Shown: one piece after another, positions 47,648 to 60,211 of the stretch
Numbering within the stretch: position 1 is the first letter of the stretch
How the letters are laid out: every line of letters begins with the position of its first letter
NCBI GenBank assembly: GCA_963666275.2
Contig: CAXXOA010000002.1
Coordinates: forward strand, 992,001-1,056,000
DNA length: 64,000 nucleotides
DNA from: Oceanispirochaeta sp.
Lineage (GTDB): Bacteria; Spirochaetota; Spirochaetia; DSM-2461
Reading direction: 5' to 3'
Notes under the pieces: generated by a model
Told to the model about the DNA's origin: nothing
The model's input: only the letters and a program-made list of their open reading frames with translations
Databases searched by the model: none
Program-made: the position numbers and the translations under genes

Positions 47648-49369
47648 ATGGACATGAAATCCAGACAAGCCGTAACCGGGTTTGTTCTTGCTCTGCTGTT
47701 TCTCAGCCTGTCCCTGTCAGCTCAGAATCTTATATTCTCCGTCGCAGATTTTTCCGTGGAATCCGATAACAGCCTATACAGGTATATCGGAAAGGGGATT
47801 TCCACACTGATCGCCGGGGAGCTCCGGCAGTCCGAATCTGTGACCATTCTGGAACGGCAGGAGATGAATAAAATCATTGAAGAGCAGAAACTCTCTCTGT
47901 CCGGGTTTATGGATGAATCCAGTCAGCTGGAACTGGGGATGCTGCTGTCGGCGGATTACATTGTCTTCGGAGAAATCATTGATATGGCAACGGCCTTTCT
48001 GGTCAGCGTCCGGATGGCTGATGTGGAAACAGGCGAGGTCGTCTGGGAGGATAGTCTGACCGAATCTCTGGACCGGTACGACTATATCGGAGCCTATTTC
48101 GCCCGGTCGATTCTGACGGAGCTTGATCTTGAGATAGAGGAGGAAACCCTTGTTAAGGTCGACAGCAGAGAAAGCAAGCGGGAGGAGGCTGTTATCGCCC
48201 TTTCTTCCGGTATCGATGCCTATGACAGGGGCGATGAAGAGAGAGCCCGGGAAGAACTTAAAACTGTCACAACACTGGATCCGATGAACAATACGGCCCG
48301 GTTCTATCTCTCAAAACTGCAGGCTCTTTCTCCGAAATTCCGTGTTGAGAATGCTCCTTACATAACAGCCTATGGGGCGGCATCCCTGGGTTTTATGACC
48401 CAGGGGAGCCTTTATTTCTGGACGGGGATTACTTTACCCCCTCCGGGAGTGGAAACCACTGATTCCGGTGCTCAGGTCGTGGGAGACTATTCGGCGAAAG
48501 AGTCTGAGAATACTACATTCTGGGGTATCCGGATTCCGCTGGGGGAAAAGAGCGGACTGGATGCCGGGATTTTCTCACCCTCCGGGGATACCCAGGCCTA
48601 TTATGAAGGCGGTATCGATGGTGATATGTCTGAGGGTTCCGAATCTCAGGCTATATTCGAATATGACGGTGAAATGGTCGACGGCCTGAAAAATTATATT
48701 AACGGCATCGGTATTTTTACCGGTTACGGGACAAAACTGAATAACCGGATAGGCCTAGGGGCAGCCATCATGGCCTGGTATAGAATAAACGGGGAGGAAC
48801 CCGGACGCAGCGATACCTATGGGGAACGGGGCGGTGATCTGGTTCACGAGGGACTTTTTTTCAGTTTTTTTCCCGGTATTTTCGTTCAGGGTCCGAGAGA
48901 ACAGTTTACCTGGGACTTCAATGTGGGAATAACAAACAGTAAATCCTACTATATCGATTATGAAGAGTTTGAAATTGTGTTAGGTCAGCAGCCTGTTGTC
49001 ATTGATACATCCTTTACCTATGGGCTACTGGACCAGCAGCTTTTTCTGGGGCTTAAAGGGATTTCGGATATTTTTACCGATGACAGGGGTGGTTACAACC
49101 TCAGAATCATTCCTATGGTGGAATACTGGCTGTTTCCGTTTTTTTCGCTTCGGGGCGGATACGAGTACAGTCAGCTCAGTCAGTTTGATGAGTTCTCAAT
49201 CGGTAACGGGGGTGTCGGCGGCTTTACGCTGAAAGCCGGCCGGTTCGACATAAATGCCAATCTTACCTACCGGCAGAAGCCGGCCACTCTGCTGCCGGGA
49301 ACGACTGTGGCAAATATGAAGCTGCTGATCGGGGTCGAGTACAAGCCTTATTTCCTATCAAGGATATAA
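47648..49369 (+). CDS. CsgG-like domain, TPR and probable beta-barrel C-terminus
   Basis: Signal peptide; ILERQEMNKIIEEQKLSLSG; amphipathic strands in the C-terminal half. Confidence 0.7.
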   Translation: MDMKSRQAVTGFVLALLFLSLSLSAQNLIFSVADFSVESDNSLYRYIGKGISTLIAGELRQSESVTILERQEMNKIIEEQKLSLSGFMDESSQLELGMLLSADYIVFGEIIDMATAFLVSVRMADVETGEVVWEDSLTESLDRYDYIGAYFARSILTELDLEIEEETLVKVDSRESKREEAVIALSSGIDAYDRGDEERAREELKTVTTLDPMNNTARFYLSKLQALSPKFRVENAPYITAYGAASLGFMTQGSLYFWTGITLPPPGVETTDSGAQVVGDYSAKESENTTFWGIRIPLGEKSGLDAGIFSPSGDTQAYYEGGIDGDMSEGSESQAIFEYDGEMVDGLKNYINGIGIFTGYGTKLNNRIGLGAAIMAWYRINGEEPGRSDTYGERGGDLVHEGLFFSFFPGIFVQGPREQFTWDFNVGITNSKSYYIDYEEFEIVLGQQPVVIDTSFTYGLLDQQLFLGLKGISDIFTDDRGGYNLRIIPMVEYWLFPFFSLRGGYEYSQLSQFDEFSIGNGGVGGFTLKAGRFDINANLTYRQKPATLLPGTTVANMKLLIGVEYKPYFLSRI

Positions 49370-49418
49370 GTTTGTCTGTTTATTGCAATCGGGTGCAGGG
49401 AAAACCTGTCCTTTTTTC

Positions 49419-50579
49419 CTACTCTTCCCTGTGAAGGCCCTGATAGATATCGGTCCGCCAGACACTGTAATCCAGCTCCCAGGTCCAGTCGCTGCGGCAG
49501 TCCAGGTCTATTTCCAGACGGACTTTGCCTATGAGTTCTTCAAAATCCTCATCCTTACCCCTCTCACAGGCATATTCAAAGGAGTGTTCTTCACCGTTAT
49601 AGCTGAACAATACTTTGGCAGCTGCCTGATCCTGGCTGATCATCTCCCACTGGATGGACAGCTCCATATCGACCCGGTTCCCCTGTCTGTCCTGGAAGGA
49701 AGCTGATTCGGTGACCTCTTTCAGGGTTTCCCCCTCCTGGATCTTCAGTTCCAGATCATCCCGGATCTGCTGCTGCAGTTCATAGAGGGTCTCGTTGAAG
49801 TGACGTGTTTTATCCTGAAGGATCAGTTTTTCCCCCGGAAGAAGTTCAAAATCCTCCTGCCAGTCCGAAAAGGTGACTTCCGGCAGTTTCACCACACCGA
49901 AATTCTGGGTCAGATGCAGCCTGATGGTATGTTTTCCAGGGGCAACTTCCAGCGTGAGCGGTATGGTTCTGTCTCCTGTGGTATACCCCACGAACTCTTC
50001 GTCAATATAGACCCGGGCATCAATGATATAGGAGTAAAGGGAGATCTGACCCGGTTCCTGCTGTTTCATGGCCAGAATACTCCGGTCTCCCCGGGGATTC
50101 TGGAACGCCAGTTCCCGTCCGGTCATATATTCCACAAGTTTTTCCGCCAGAGCATGGACTGTGTTTTCTCTGTATCCCCGCTGGGAAAAAGTCCGGGTCT
50201 TTCCGGTTTCCACCTCTATCAGATCTATGTTGATAAAAATATCCTGGCCCAGAAAGACATAGCTTCCGCCCAGAATAAAGGAGGCCCCCAGGAGTCGGCC
50301 CGCTTCCAGGGCATTCTCTTCATCCATCAGGCCGGTGTACTGGAGTTTCTGCTCCTCCAGGACATCTTCCAGGTTGTCCCTGTCGACAATCTGCACAGTG
50401 CCGGATCCTGAAAGGTCTTCCTCAAGCAGGGATCTGATGATCCCCTGCAGATAGTTTTGATCCTGCTCATTGTTCATGTTCTCAAAGGGGAGAAGGGCAA
50501 TAGAGGGCAGGTCGGTCTGGGCAAACGCCGTGAGCGGGAGAACCAGGAGGAGCATCATAAGGGCGGTAAACTTTTTCAT
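49419..50579 (-). CDS. CsgG/FlgO-like domain plus PEGA-like domain protein
   Basis: IALLPFEN, IVDRDNLEDVLEEQKL, ARVYID..FVG.T..PGKH.I. Confidence 0.75.
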   Translation of the reverse strand: MKKFTALMMLLLVLPLTAFAQTDLPSIALLPFENMNNEQDQNYLQGIIRSLLEEDLSGSGTVQIVDRDNLEDVLEEQKLQYTGLMDEENALEAGRLLGASFILGGSYVFLGQDIFINIDLIEVETGKTRTFSQRGYRENTVHALAEKLVEYMTGRELAFQNPRGDRSILAMKQQEPGQISLYSYIIDARVYIDEEFVGYTTGDRTIPLTLEVAPGKHTIRLHLTQNFGVVKLPEVTFSDWQEDFELLPGEKLILQDKTRHFNETLYELQQQIRDDLELKIQEGETLKEVTESASFQDRQGNRVDMELSIQWEMISQDQAAAKVLFSYNGEEHSFEYACERGKDEDFEELIGKVRLEIDLDCRSDWTWELDYSVWRTDIYQGLHREE

Positions 50580-50714
50580 AGAGAGTATTATAGGAGGTTT
50601 TCTCCTTTTTGTCTAAACAGCTGATTTTTTTAAGCCAGGGGAAAACCCGCTTTCCGGTCCATTATTCCATAAAAGTGATTGGCTAATCATAGCCGGTGAT
50701 ATTACAATTCTTCT

Positions 50715-52040
50715 GTGATATCACTCAATCAGAATGACGAAGCCATCTCTCTCATGTTCCTGATCCAGTGGATAGGGATCGCCGTTCTGGCGGGATTCGT
50801 GGGAAATCTCTGTGTACTCGGGCTCTACAGGTCAGTTCTGTGGCTCAACTCTCTTCTTATGGCTCAGGATCTCCCTCTTTTTTTCTGGCCCGCCCTGGGA
50901 GCCCTCCCGGTGGGGCTTCTTGTCTACAGGCATGTTCCCGGAGCCATGGGGGAGGGGATCCCCTCCTATCTGGAGAGTGTCAGGTATGGCAACGGGGCTC
51001 TTCCCCTCAGGGAGACCGTCTGTAAGTTTTTTGCCGCCTTCCTCTCGCTGGGAACCTTCGGCAGCGGCGGAGCTCTGGGGCCGGCGGGGAGAATGAGCGC
51101 CGGAATCATGTCGACCATCGGTCAGTTCCTGACCCGGTACTGGCTGCCTCCCACGCTGATGCAGATCTTTCCCATCTGCGGTATGGCGGCCTCTGTGGGG
51201 GCCATGATCCACAGCCCTATCGGCGGCGGGCTCTTTGCTGTAGAGATTATTCTGAAGACCAATATGCGCTACAGGCAGATCTTTCCCGCTATCCTGGCCA
51301 GTACGACAAGTGTTTTCGTGGCCCGGCATCTCGGGCTGGAGCCTATCATTCAGTTTCCCCTGATTCACGGTGTAATGGATGTGGGTATTATTTTTATCCT
51401 TCTGCTAGTGACTTTTACAGCGGGGTTTCTGGGGAAACTTTTTATCCTTTCCTATTCAAAGATATCCCTTCTGTTTCAGAGAAACCATAATATCCCCGGA
51501 AGAAAACGAACCCTGTTTATGGTGACCGGAGCCTTAGTAGCCTCTATTGTCTACTTTATCAATCCCGATCTTATGGGCATGAGCTCTCCCGTGTTCAGAG
51601 CGGTCCTTTCCGGTGCCAGGGAGCCCCTTTATGGTGCTCTTCCCCATTCGGTAGACATCATGAAAATACTGCTTGTCATGTTTGTACTGAAGGGAATGGC
51701 CAATATATTTACTGTGGGTTCCGGGTTCAGCGCGGGATTTGCCGGCCCTGCCATTCTGATGGGGCTGATTCTGGGAGCCGCTTTTGCCGAGATTTTCAGC
51801 ATACCCTTCGGATCGGTAGAGTACTTTGCTCTCCTGGCCGCCGGTTTCGCCGGCTACTTTTCAAGCATCATGAACACTCCCATTGCCGCCGCGGTGATGA
51901 CCATAGAGGTTTTCGGAATGAACTACAGCCTTCCCGCCGGGATGGCCGCGGTCATCGGTTTCCTTGTCAATCAGGAGCATACCCTCTACGACCTGGTTCT
52001 GGAGGAGAGGGAGGAAAAGCGCTTTGAAGAGACTCCGGAA

Positions 52041-52046
<6 letters not shown>
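50715..52046 (+). CDS. ClC chloride channel family protein, atypical motifs
   Basis: G.GIP, G.GG..GP, PIGG.LFAVE, TP.AA..M..E, terminal LY. Confidence 0.85.
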
Positions 52047-53716
<1,670 letters not shown>

Positions 53717-54589
53717 TTATCCCTTTAGTGCTTCCTTGCCGGAAACTATTTCTATTAATTCATTGGTTATCGCAGCCTGACGGGCATGGTTCTGCATGGT
53801 CACATATTTTCCGATCAGGTCTTCCGTATTGCTTGTGGCATTTTCCATGGCGGTCATACGGGAGGAGTGTTCACTCAGAAGGGAGTTGTACAGATAGGAG
53901 TTCAGTCTGTATTTCAGCATCAGAGCCCCGACGGCCCGGGCCATCTCATCTCCGGAAGGTTCCATCTGAATATTCCGGCTTTGTCCCTTCTCCGCCTCCG
54001 CATTCTCAGGTACGAGAGGAAGGAGCTGTTTCAGTTCCGTCTCCTGCTGCAGAGCCGAGTAGAAGATATTTCCCAGCAGATATACCTTCTGAATGGTACC
54101 GGCCAGGAATCTGCTGTAGATCTCTCCGGAAATAAGAGCCAGATCCTTTTCTGTAAAAGTCTTTTCGGCAATCTCGGTGGCTTTGAAAAGATCCAGCTCC
54201 TTTCTCCGGCAGAACCCTGTTCCTTTATTACCGATGCTTGTAATTTCTACGGAAATCCCCTGCTTCTCCTGTTCTCCCAGGAAGCGGTTGACTTCTCTGA
54301 GAACCGAGCTGTTGTGAGTCCCGCACAGCCCTTTGTCTGCTGTGAACATCACAAGGTGCACCTTTTCCACTTCCGCGAATCCGGTCACCGCCCGATGGGA
54401 GCTCTCTTGCAGGGAAGGGAGAATCAGATCCTTCATCTCTCCGATTTTCTGATGAGAGAACTCCAGAGATCCCTGAAGGGCATAGAGTTTTCTCAGTTTG
54501 ATGGAGGAGATCATATTCATCGCCCTGGTGACTTTCTGCATGTTTTTCAGGGAACTTATTTTCTGTCCCAAGTCCCGGATATTGCTCAT
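53717..54589 (-). CDS. atpG: F1 gamma subunit
   Basis: [31 protein letters not shown]; start ATG 54589 overlaps the atpA stop. Confidence 0.95.
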   Translation of the reverse strand: MSNIRDLGQKISSLKNMQKVTRAMNMISSIKLRKLYALQGSLEFSHQKIGEMKDLILPSLQESSHRAVTGFAEVEKVHLVMFTADKGLCGTHNSSVLREVNRFLGEQEKQGISVEITSIGNKGTGFCRRKELDLFKATEIAEKTFTEKDLALISGEIYSRFLAGTIQKVYLLGNIFYSALQQETELKQLLPLVPENAEAEKGQSRNIQMEPSGDEMARAVGALMLKYRLNSYLYNSLLSEHSSRMTAMENATSNTEDLIGKYVTMQNHARQAAITNELIEIVSGKEALKG

Positions 54590-56781
54590 GATTCCCTGTC
54601 TTTCTGAGTATTCTTTCTGATCTGAAGGATCAGGCTGCGCAGCTCTTTCGATCCCTGTGCCATCAGCCACTCCTCTTCAAAAAGAGGATGCTGAACGATC
54701 TGAGCCAGAGCGGAAAGCACAACCAGATGAAAGTGCCTCTGATCTGCCGATCCCACCAGGAAAAACATGGAGTGAACGCTGTCCATCTGATCGGTGAACC
54801 TGATGCCGTTCTTTGATCTGACAATCAGCAGCTGGAATGTACTGCTTTCTTCTACAAGGATGTGAGGAATCGCAAAGTAGGGGCTCAGGGCGGTGGAACT
54901 GGACTTTTCCCTGGCAATGAATCTGCTGTAGATTTCATCCCGTTTTATCGTATGGGATTCCAGGTGCTTCGCTGCGGTTTCAAAAAGGGCTTCCATGGAT
55001 TTGCTCTTTTCGTAATCTATGATTTCACAGGACTGGATGAGCTCTTCAAAGCGGTCTGTCTCTCCCTTGTCTTTGCCTGTCATGATCTCTTCGATCTCTG
55101 TTTCCAGGGTGGGTGAGGCCAGTTCTCTGGCAGTCAGTCTTTCCACAAGTTTGAACATGTCCCGGCTGATCCGGGAGGTCCTCTGGCTCATGGCCATGGA
55201 GAGGTTCAGTGTGTATCCGGAATCAATGTCTGTATCCAGAGATTCAGGGCGGAACCGCGCTTCAAAGGCATCAAAGACTTTTTCCGCTTCCAGTTCCAGT
55301 TCGCTTGTAAAAGCTTTCTCCTTTCTCAGTTTATCCATGAATGCCGAGGCTTCCGTATCCAGGTACTGGAAAAAACCCTCTTCGTAGTTCAGAAGGGTCT
55401 CTGTTTTATACTTGTCCAGCCGTCCGGATGTTCCGGCTTTGAGGATCATTATCTGATGGAACACATCGATGGGAGCATACTGGTGCTGTTTCAGGATCTC
55501 TGTGAGCCGTTCTCCTCGATTGAGCTGGTTTTTGGTGGAGGCGTCCAGATCGGAGGAGAACTGCATAAACGCCGCAAGCTCCCTGAACTGGGCCAGGTCG
55601 ATCCGCAGGGAACTGGCTGTCTGTTTCATGGCCTTGATCTGGGCATCACCTCCCACCCGGGATACGGATATTCCCACGTTGATGGCCGGGCGGAGTCCCG
55701 AATTGAAAAGGTTGGCTTCCAGAAAAATCTGACCGTCTGTGATGGATATGATATTGGTGGGGATATAGGCCGAAACGTCCCCTTCCTGGGTTTCCACAAT
55801 CGGCAGAGCCGTCAGGGACCCGCCGCCTTTCTCATCACTCATTTTCGCCGCCCGTTCCAGCAGCCGGGAGTGTAGATAGAACACATCGCCCGGATAGGCT
55901 TCCCGTCCCGGGGAACGGCGCATCAGAAGCGAGAGCTCCCTGTAGGCCTGGGAGTGTTTTGTCAGGTCATCAAAGATCACCAGGGCGTGCATCCCGTTGT
56001 CCCGGAAATATTCCGCCATGGCTGTCGCCGCATAGGGGGCCAGATACTGGAGGGACGCAGGATCGGATGAGGTTGCCGCCACGACGATGGTATTCTGCAT
56101 AACATTCTGTTTTTTCAGGGTTTCTACAAGCTGAACAACAGAGGAGCGTTTCTGGCCGATGGCAACATAGACGCAGTAGACCTTGTCATCCCCTTCCATT
56201 TTGGCCTGGTTGATGATGGTATCCACCGCTATGGTGGTTTTTCCGGTCCTTCGGTCACCGATGATCAGCTCCCTCTGTCCCCGGCCGATGGGGATCATGG
56301 CGTCTATCGCTTTGATTCCGGTCTGAAGAGGTTCTCTCACGTTTTTTCTTTCTATGATACCGGGGCCTTTGACCTCTACTCTGTTCTGCTGATCAGTCCG
56401 GATGGTTCCCAGGCCGTCCAGGGCATTGCCGAGAGGATCCACCACTCGACCCAGGAGCTCTTTTCCGACAGGAACTTCCGCAACCTGCTGTGTCCTCCTG
56501 ACCCGGCAGCCTTCGGTGACCCTTTCGTAGTCGGAAAAGAGGATGATACCAACGGTTTCCTCTTCCAGGTTCATAACCATACCATGGATAATGCTGCCGT
56601 CCTCGACATCAATTTCAACCAGTTCTCCCGACAGGATATTATCCAGGCCCCATACCTGGGCAATCCCGTCGCCGGCCTGGATGACTCTCCCGATCTCCAC
56701 CTCTTCCGGGGAAGGGGAAAAGTCTGAAATCCTGCTTTTTAGTATTTCCAGTATTTCTGCTGGTTTTATATCTTCTCTCAT
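54586..56781 (-). CDS. atpA: F1 alpha subunit fused to a C-terminal PTS EIIA-like domain
   Basis: [28 protein letters not shown]; ~220-aa extension containing RE..SST....FAIPH. Confidence 0.95.
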   Translation of the reverse strand: MREDIKPAEILEILKSRISDFSPSPEEVEIGRVIQAGDGIAQVWGLDNILSGELVEIDVEDGSIIHGMVMNLEEETVGIILFSDYERVTEGCRVRRTQQVAEVPVGKELLGRVVDPLGNALDGLGTIRTDQQNRVEVKGPGIIERKNVREPLQTGIKAIDAMIPIGRGQRELIIGDRRTGKTTIAVDTIINQAKMEGDDKVYCVYVAIGQKRSSVVQLVETLKKQNVMQNTIVVAATSSDPASLQYLAPYAATAMAEYFRDNGMHALVIFDDLTKHSQAYRELSLLMRRSPGREAYPGDVFYLHSRLLERAAKMSDEKGGGSLTALPIVETQEGDVSAYIPTNIISITDGQIFLEANLFNSGLRPAINVGISVSRVGGDAQIKAMKQTASSLRIDLAQFRELAAFMQFSSDLDASTKNQLNRGERLTEILKQHQYAPIDVFHQIMILKAGTSGRLDKYKTETLLNYEEGFFQYLDTEASAFMDKLRKEKAFTSELELEAEKVFDAFEARFRPESLDTDIDSGYTLNLSMAMSQRTSRISRDMFKLVERLTARELASPTLETEIEEIMTGKDKGETDRFEELIQSCEIIDYEKSKSMEALFETAAKHLESHTIKRDEIYSRFIAREKSSSTALSPYFAIPHILVEESSTFQLLIVRSKNGIRFTDQMDSVHSMFFLVGSADQRHFHLVVLSALAQIVQHPLFEEEWLMAQGSKELRSLILQIRKNTQKDRES

Positions 56782-56831
56782 TAATCCTTTCCTGTTACAG
56801 CATTACCTCAGGCCGTTTCCAGAGTGAAACG

Positions 56832-57365
56832 CTATTTGAGTAATCTCTTCATTTTTTTCAAACGCCCCTGGAGGCTCAGATCCATCATCCTGTTATCCCA
56901 GATAATCCGGATTCCTCCCAGGATCTCCGGTTTGAGTGAATTTTCCATCCGGAGTCTCCTTCCTGTCTTCCCGTGCATTTTTTCTTCCAGTAAGCCGAGA
57001 ATCTCCCGGGAAAGAGGCTGGACCGATTCAATCCTGAGGGGCAGGGTACAGGACTCCCGGTCCTCCTGCTCCTGAAACGCATCGGGTAAAAAAGGAATCC
57101 CCCCCAGACGTCCGTTTCTGACAAGAGCTTCAAGAGTCCGGCCGGTAATCTCACTTATGTAGGGAAGAAAAGCGCTGGAGACGAAGTCCCATTCATTGTT
57201 CCGGCTTGTATGACGGGCCAGGCAGTACTCTCTGATCTGCGGCGCTTCCGAAAGGAGGGATGTGATAAAGTTCATATCATCCCGGACATCCTCTATTCTG
57301 CCCTGCTCCCGGGATGCCTCGAATAAAGCCCGGGCATAGCGTTTCACAACGATCTGACCGCTCAT
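56832..57365 (-). CDS. atpH: F1 delta subunit
   Basis: RYARALF, ILGG...D.SL; operon position. Confidence 0.9.
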   Translation of the reverse strand: MSGQIVVKRYARALFEASREQGRIEDVRDDMNFITSLLSEAPQIREYCLARHTSRNNEWDFVSSAFLPYISEITGRTLEALVRNGRLGGIPFLPDAFQEQEDRESCTLPLRIESVQPLSREILGLLEEKMHGKTGRRLRMENSLKPEILGGIRIIWDNRMMDLSLQGRLKKMKRLLK

Positions 57366-57844
57366 AGGTTCTTCACCGTCTCTTCTGTCCAGGCCCGCTC
57401 TTTATCTCCGACAACGGACATTCCCACAAGCTGTTCCGCCGCATCGCATATAAAGGCCGCCAGTTCTTTCTGGAGTTCCTGCATAGCCGCTTCTCTCTCA
57501 GCCGCTGCGGCCTGCCTGGCCTGCTCGATCAGGGACGCGGCTTCCGCCTCGGCTTTTTTGGTCAGCTCTTTTCTGAGGGTCTCCCCCTCCAGTCTGATCC
57601 TGTGCAGAATCTCATCCGCCTCTTTGTCAGCCGCTTTCAGAATCTCCTCTTTTTCCGAGGCAATTTTCTGAAGACGTTTCTCAATTTCCCGGGCATTGTC
57701 CACAGCAGAGGAGAGGTACTCCTCCCTGTCTCTGATATTCTTTATCAGAACAGGCATCAGAAACTTCCAGAGGAGGAAGAACAGAAGGCCGAAAGTTATC
57801 CAGGTCCAGATGGCCAGACCCGGTTCCAGTTTAAAAAGTTCCAT
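57362..57844 (-). CDS. atpF: Fo subunit b
   Basis: N-terminal TM helix plus coiled coil; operon position. Confidence 0.9.
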   Translation of the reverse strand: MELFKLEPGLAIWTWITFGLLFFLLWKFLMPVLIKNIRDREEYLSSAVDNAREIEKRLQKIASEKEEILKAADKEADEILHRIRLEGETLRKELTKKAEAEAASLIEQARQAAAAEREAAMQELQKELAAFICDAAEQLVGMSVVGDKERAWTEETVKNL

Positions 57845-57853
57845 AGGCCCGGA

Positions 57854-58081
57854 TTACATGAAAACGACGAGCAGGGCGATGATGGCACCGAAAAATGCCA
57901 GACCTTCGATCAGAGCCGCGACCAGAATCATATTGGACCGGATGTCCTTTTTCTCTTCTGGCTGCCGGGCAATCGATTCCAGAGCTTTGGCGCCTACCAT
58001 ACCGATACCGATAGCACCGCCGGCGATACCCAGACCTGCCCCGAGAACTGCCAGTGCGCGGGCTAACAATGAAATATCCAT
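57854..58081 (-). CDS. atpE: Fo subunit c
   Basis: ARQPE loop; AALIEG carboxylate; no obvious Na+ ligands. Confidence 0.95.
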   Translation of the reverse strand: MDISLLARALAVLGAGLGIAGGAIGIGMVGAKALESIARQPEEKKDIRSNMILVAALIEGLAFFGAIIALLVVFM

Positions 58082-58131
58082 ATTGACTCCTTCTGATTAA
58101 TTTTCTTAATCCAAAAATATCTAATTACACC

Positions 58132-58977
58132 TTAGTGTGTACTTGCCATTCCAATAAAAATGCAGCTGAGCAGGGTAAAAACGTAAGCCTGCAGAAAGGC
58201 CACCAGGGCCTCCAGGGTATAGGTGAATACAGCGAAAGGAACCGAAACAAAACCGAAAAAAGGATTGATCACAAAGATCAGTACCAGGAATGAGAGAATT
58301 GCCAGGTGTCCGGCAAACATATTGGCAAAGAGCCTCAGACTCAGGACCATGGACCTTGTAAATATGCTGAGCAGTTCCAGGATAAAAACAAAAATCCCCA
58401 CAACAACAGGAGCGCCCTGAGGATAGAGATTTTTGAAGAATCCCAGAAAACCGACTTCTTTAAAGCCGACTATGAATGTGAGAAGAAAAATTATGACAGC
58501 CAGAGCGGCGGTGACATTGATATTTCCCGTGGCTGTTTTAAAGGCCGGTATGAGTCCCAGAAAATTGACTGTCAGAAGATAGATGAAAAGGCTTGTAAAG
58601 AAGGATAGCCATTTCTGACCTTTTTCCTCTCCCATGACTGGATAGACCACATCATCTCTGATAAACAGAATGATAGCTTCCACACTGATCAGCAGCTTTC
58701 CCGGTTTCAGGGATCCCTTTGATGCAGCCAGTGCAAAAAGAGCAAAAATTATCACCGAAGAAAGGACAAGCATAAACTGATGAACTGTGAAACCATGGGG
58801 AAGCTGTATCGGCGGAAGGAAGGGGAAAAGTTCCAGTTCCTTTCCGTTCAGGACATGATGAAAAAGGGCTTCCGATACATCTGTTTCCTCTGAAGCGGCC
58901 GGGCAGAAACCGGCAAGCAGAAACAGGAGTGAAAAAGGGTTGAAAGAAAAAGAAAGGGCTCTTTTAAAACTGTTCAT
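58132..58977 (-). CDS. atpB: Fo subunit a
   Basis: LRLFANMFAGH, E.LVAFLQAYVF; start ATG 58977 after GAGGA. Confidence 0.93.
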   Translation of the reverse strand: MNSFKRALSFSFNPFSLLFLLAGFCPAASEETDVSEALFHHVLNGKELELFPFLPPIQLPHGFTVHQFMLVLSSVIIFALFALAASKGSLKPGKLLISVEAIILFIRDDVVYPVMGEEKGQKWLSFFTSLFIYLLTVNFLGLIPAFKTATGNINVTAALAVIIFLLTFIVGFKEVGFLGFFKNLYPQGAPVVVGIFVFILELLSIFTRSMVLSLRLFANMFAGHLAILSFLVLIFVINPFFGFVSVPFAVFTYTLEALVAFLQAYVFTLLSCIFIGMASTH

Positions 58978-59302
58978 AACGATCCTCATCTTCCATTCCA
59001 ACATAGTTCTCCGGGCTGTTCCTGTCAATTGAATGTGAGCCTTAATCGGTAAAAAATTAACTATATGTAAATCTATCGTTCACTTATAAGTGATTGATAT
59101 GTAATAAAATAAGATGGATTATGATTTTTTAAAGAAAAAATGATATTTTTTAAAAAATTCCCTCAATGTCCTTTATAGTCCATCAAAAAGCCTTATAGAT
59201 CCCTATAATATTCAAAGGAGGCAGAAGTGCTTTTCCCTCAGAAAAGCAGGCGGATCTGTCCCGGCCGGAGCTTCTCAGAAGGGCGTTTTCTGAGGGTGTC
59301 CC

Positions 59303-60211
59303 CTAAAGCAGATATCCCTTCACAAAGGGAAAAGACATATAAAAAGAGAGGAGAAAAAGCAGGGAAAATCCCAGTATTTCCATACCCGATGAAAGGAGGT
59401 GTACCATCTTCTCCCGGCTCTTGAAAACTGTAAAAATTCCTTTCTTTCCGAAGTAGGCCAGATACCCGGCCACACTGATGGGAAGAGCCATTCCTGCAGA
59501 CATGGCAATCACAGCAAAAATCCCTGTAGAGAGCATATCCCGGGCAAGAGTGAAAATGAGGATCATGATGGCTCCGGGGCAGGGAAAGAATCCTGTCAGC
59601 CCTATGGCCCAGAAGGATTTTCTGCTGCTGCCGTTTTCATTGTTATGTCCATGGCGGGAATGCCTTATGGCGCCGATAAGCAGCAGCAGAGAGAGGATCG
59701 CCAGAAGCGTATAGGCCCAGCCTTCCATCAGAAGGGAAGAGCTGTTGATATTACGGGAAAGGAAGGGGCCTGCGGTGGATTTGAACAGAAGGATCAGCAG
59801 CACGGCACTCCCTCCGTGAAAGAGCGACAGCAGCGCTCCCAGGGCCAGTGGTTCCAGAGCTTTGGCCTCCCGGCTCAGATAAAGAGAAAAGACTATGGTT
59901 TTTCTGTGCCCCGGCCCGGCGGCATGGAGCATCCCATAGAGAAAAGAAAGGCTGTAGAGCAGAAGTGCCAGCCCCCCGGCTCTGCCGTTTTTTATAGCCA
60001 GCATCAGATCGGCCATGCGGTTCCTCAGATCCAGCTGGGTTTCCACCATTTCCGTACCGGCCTGCCCGGCAGGCATCGTCGCCCGGGGCGTGTTCTCATC
60101 GGGTGATCCCATAAAGGGATTTGCCGCCATTCCCCCGGTCAGAAAGAGCAGTAATGCCGGACAGAGCAGAAGGCTTTTCCAGCGGAATCGGGAACAGTCA
60201 GGGAATGGCAA
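59303..60211 (-). CDS. Nickel/cobalt transporter (NicO/RcnA-like)
   Basis: YG.LHAAGPGHRK, PCPGA, His-containing loop; exact start uncertain. Confidence 0.85.
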   Translation of the reverse strand: MPFPDCSRFRWKSLLLCPALLLFLTGGMAANPFMGSPDENTPRATMPAGQAGTEMVETQLDLRNRMADLMLAIKNGRAGGLALLLYSLSFLYGMLHAAGPGHRKTIVFSLYLSREAKALEPLALGALLSLFHGGSAVLLILLFKSTAGPFLSRNINSSSLLMEGWAYTLLAILSLLLLIGAIRHSRHGHNNENGSSRKSFWAIGLTGFFPCPGAIMILIFTLARDMLSTGIFAVIAMSAGMALPISVAGYLAYFGKKGIFTVFKSREKMVHLLSSGMEILGFSLLFLLSFYMSFPFVKGYLL

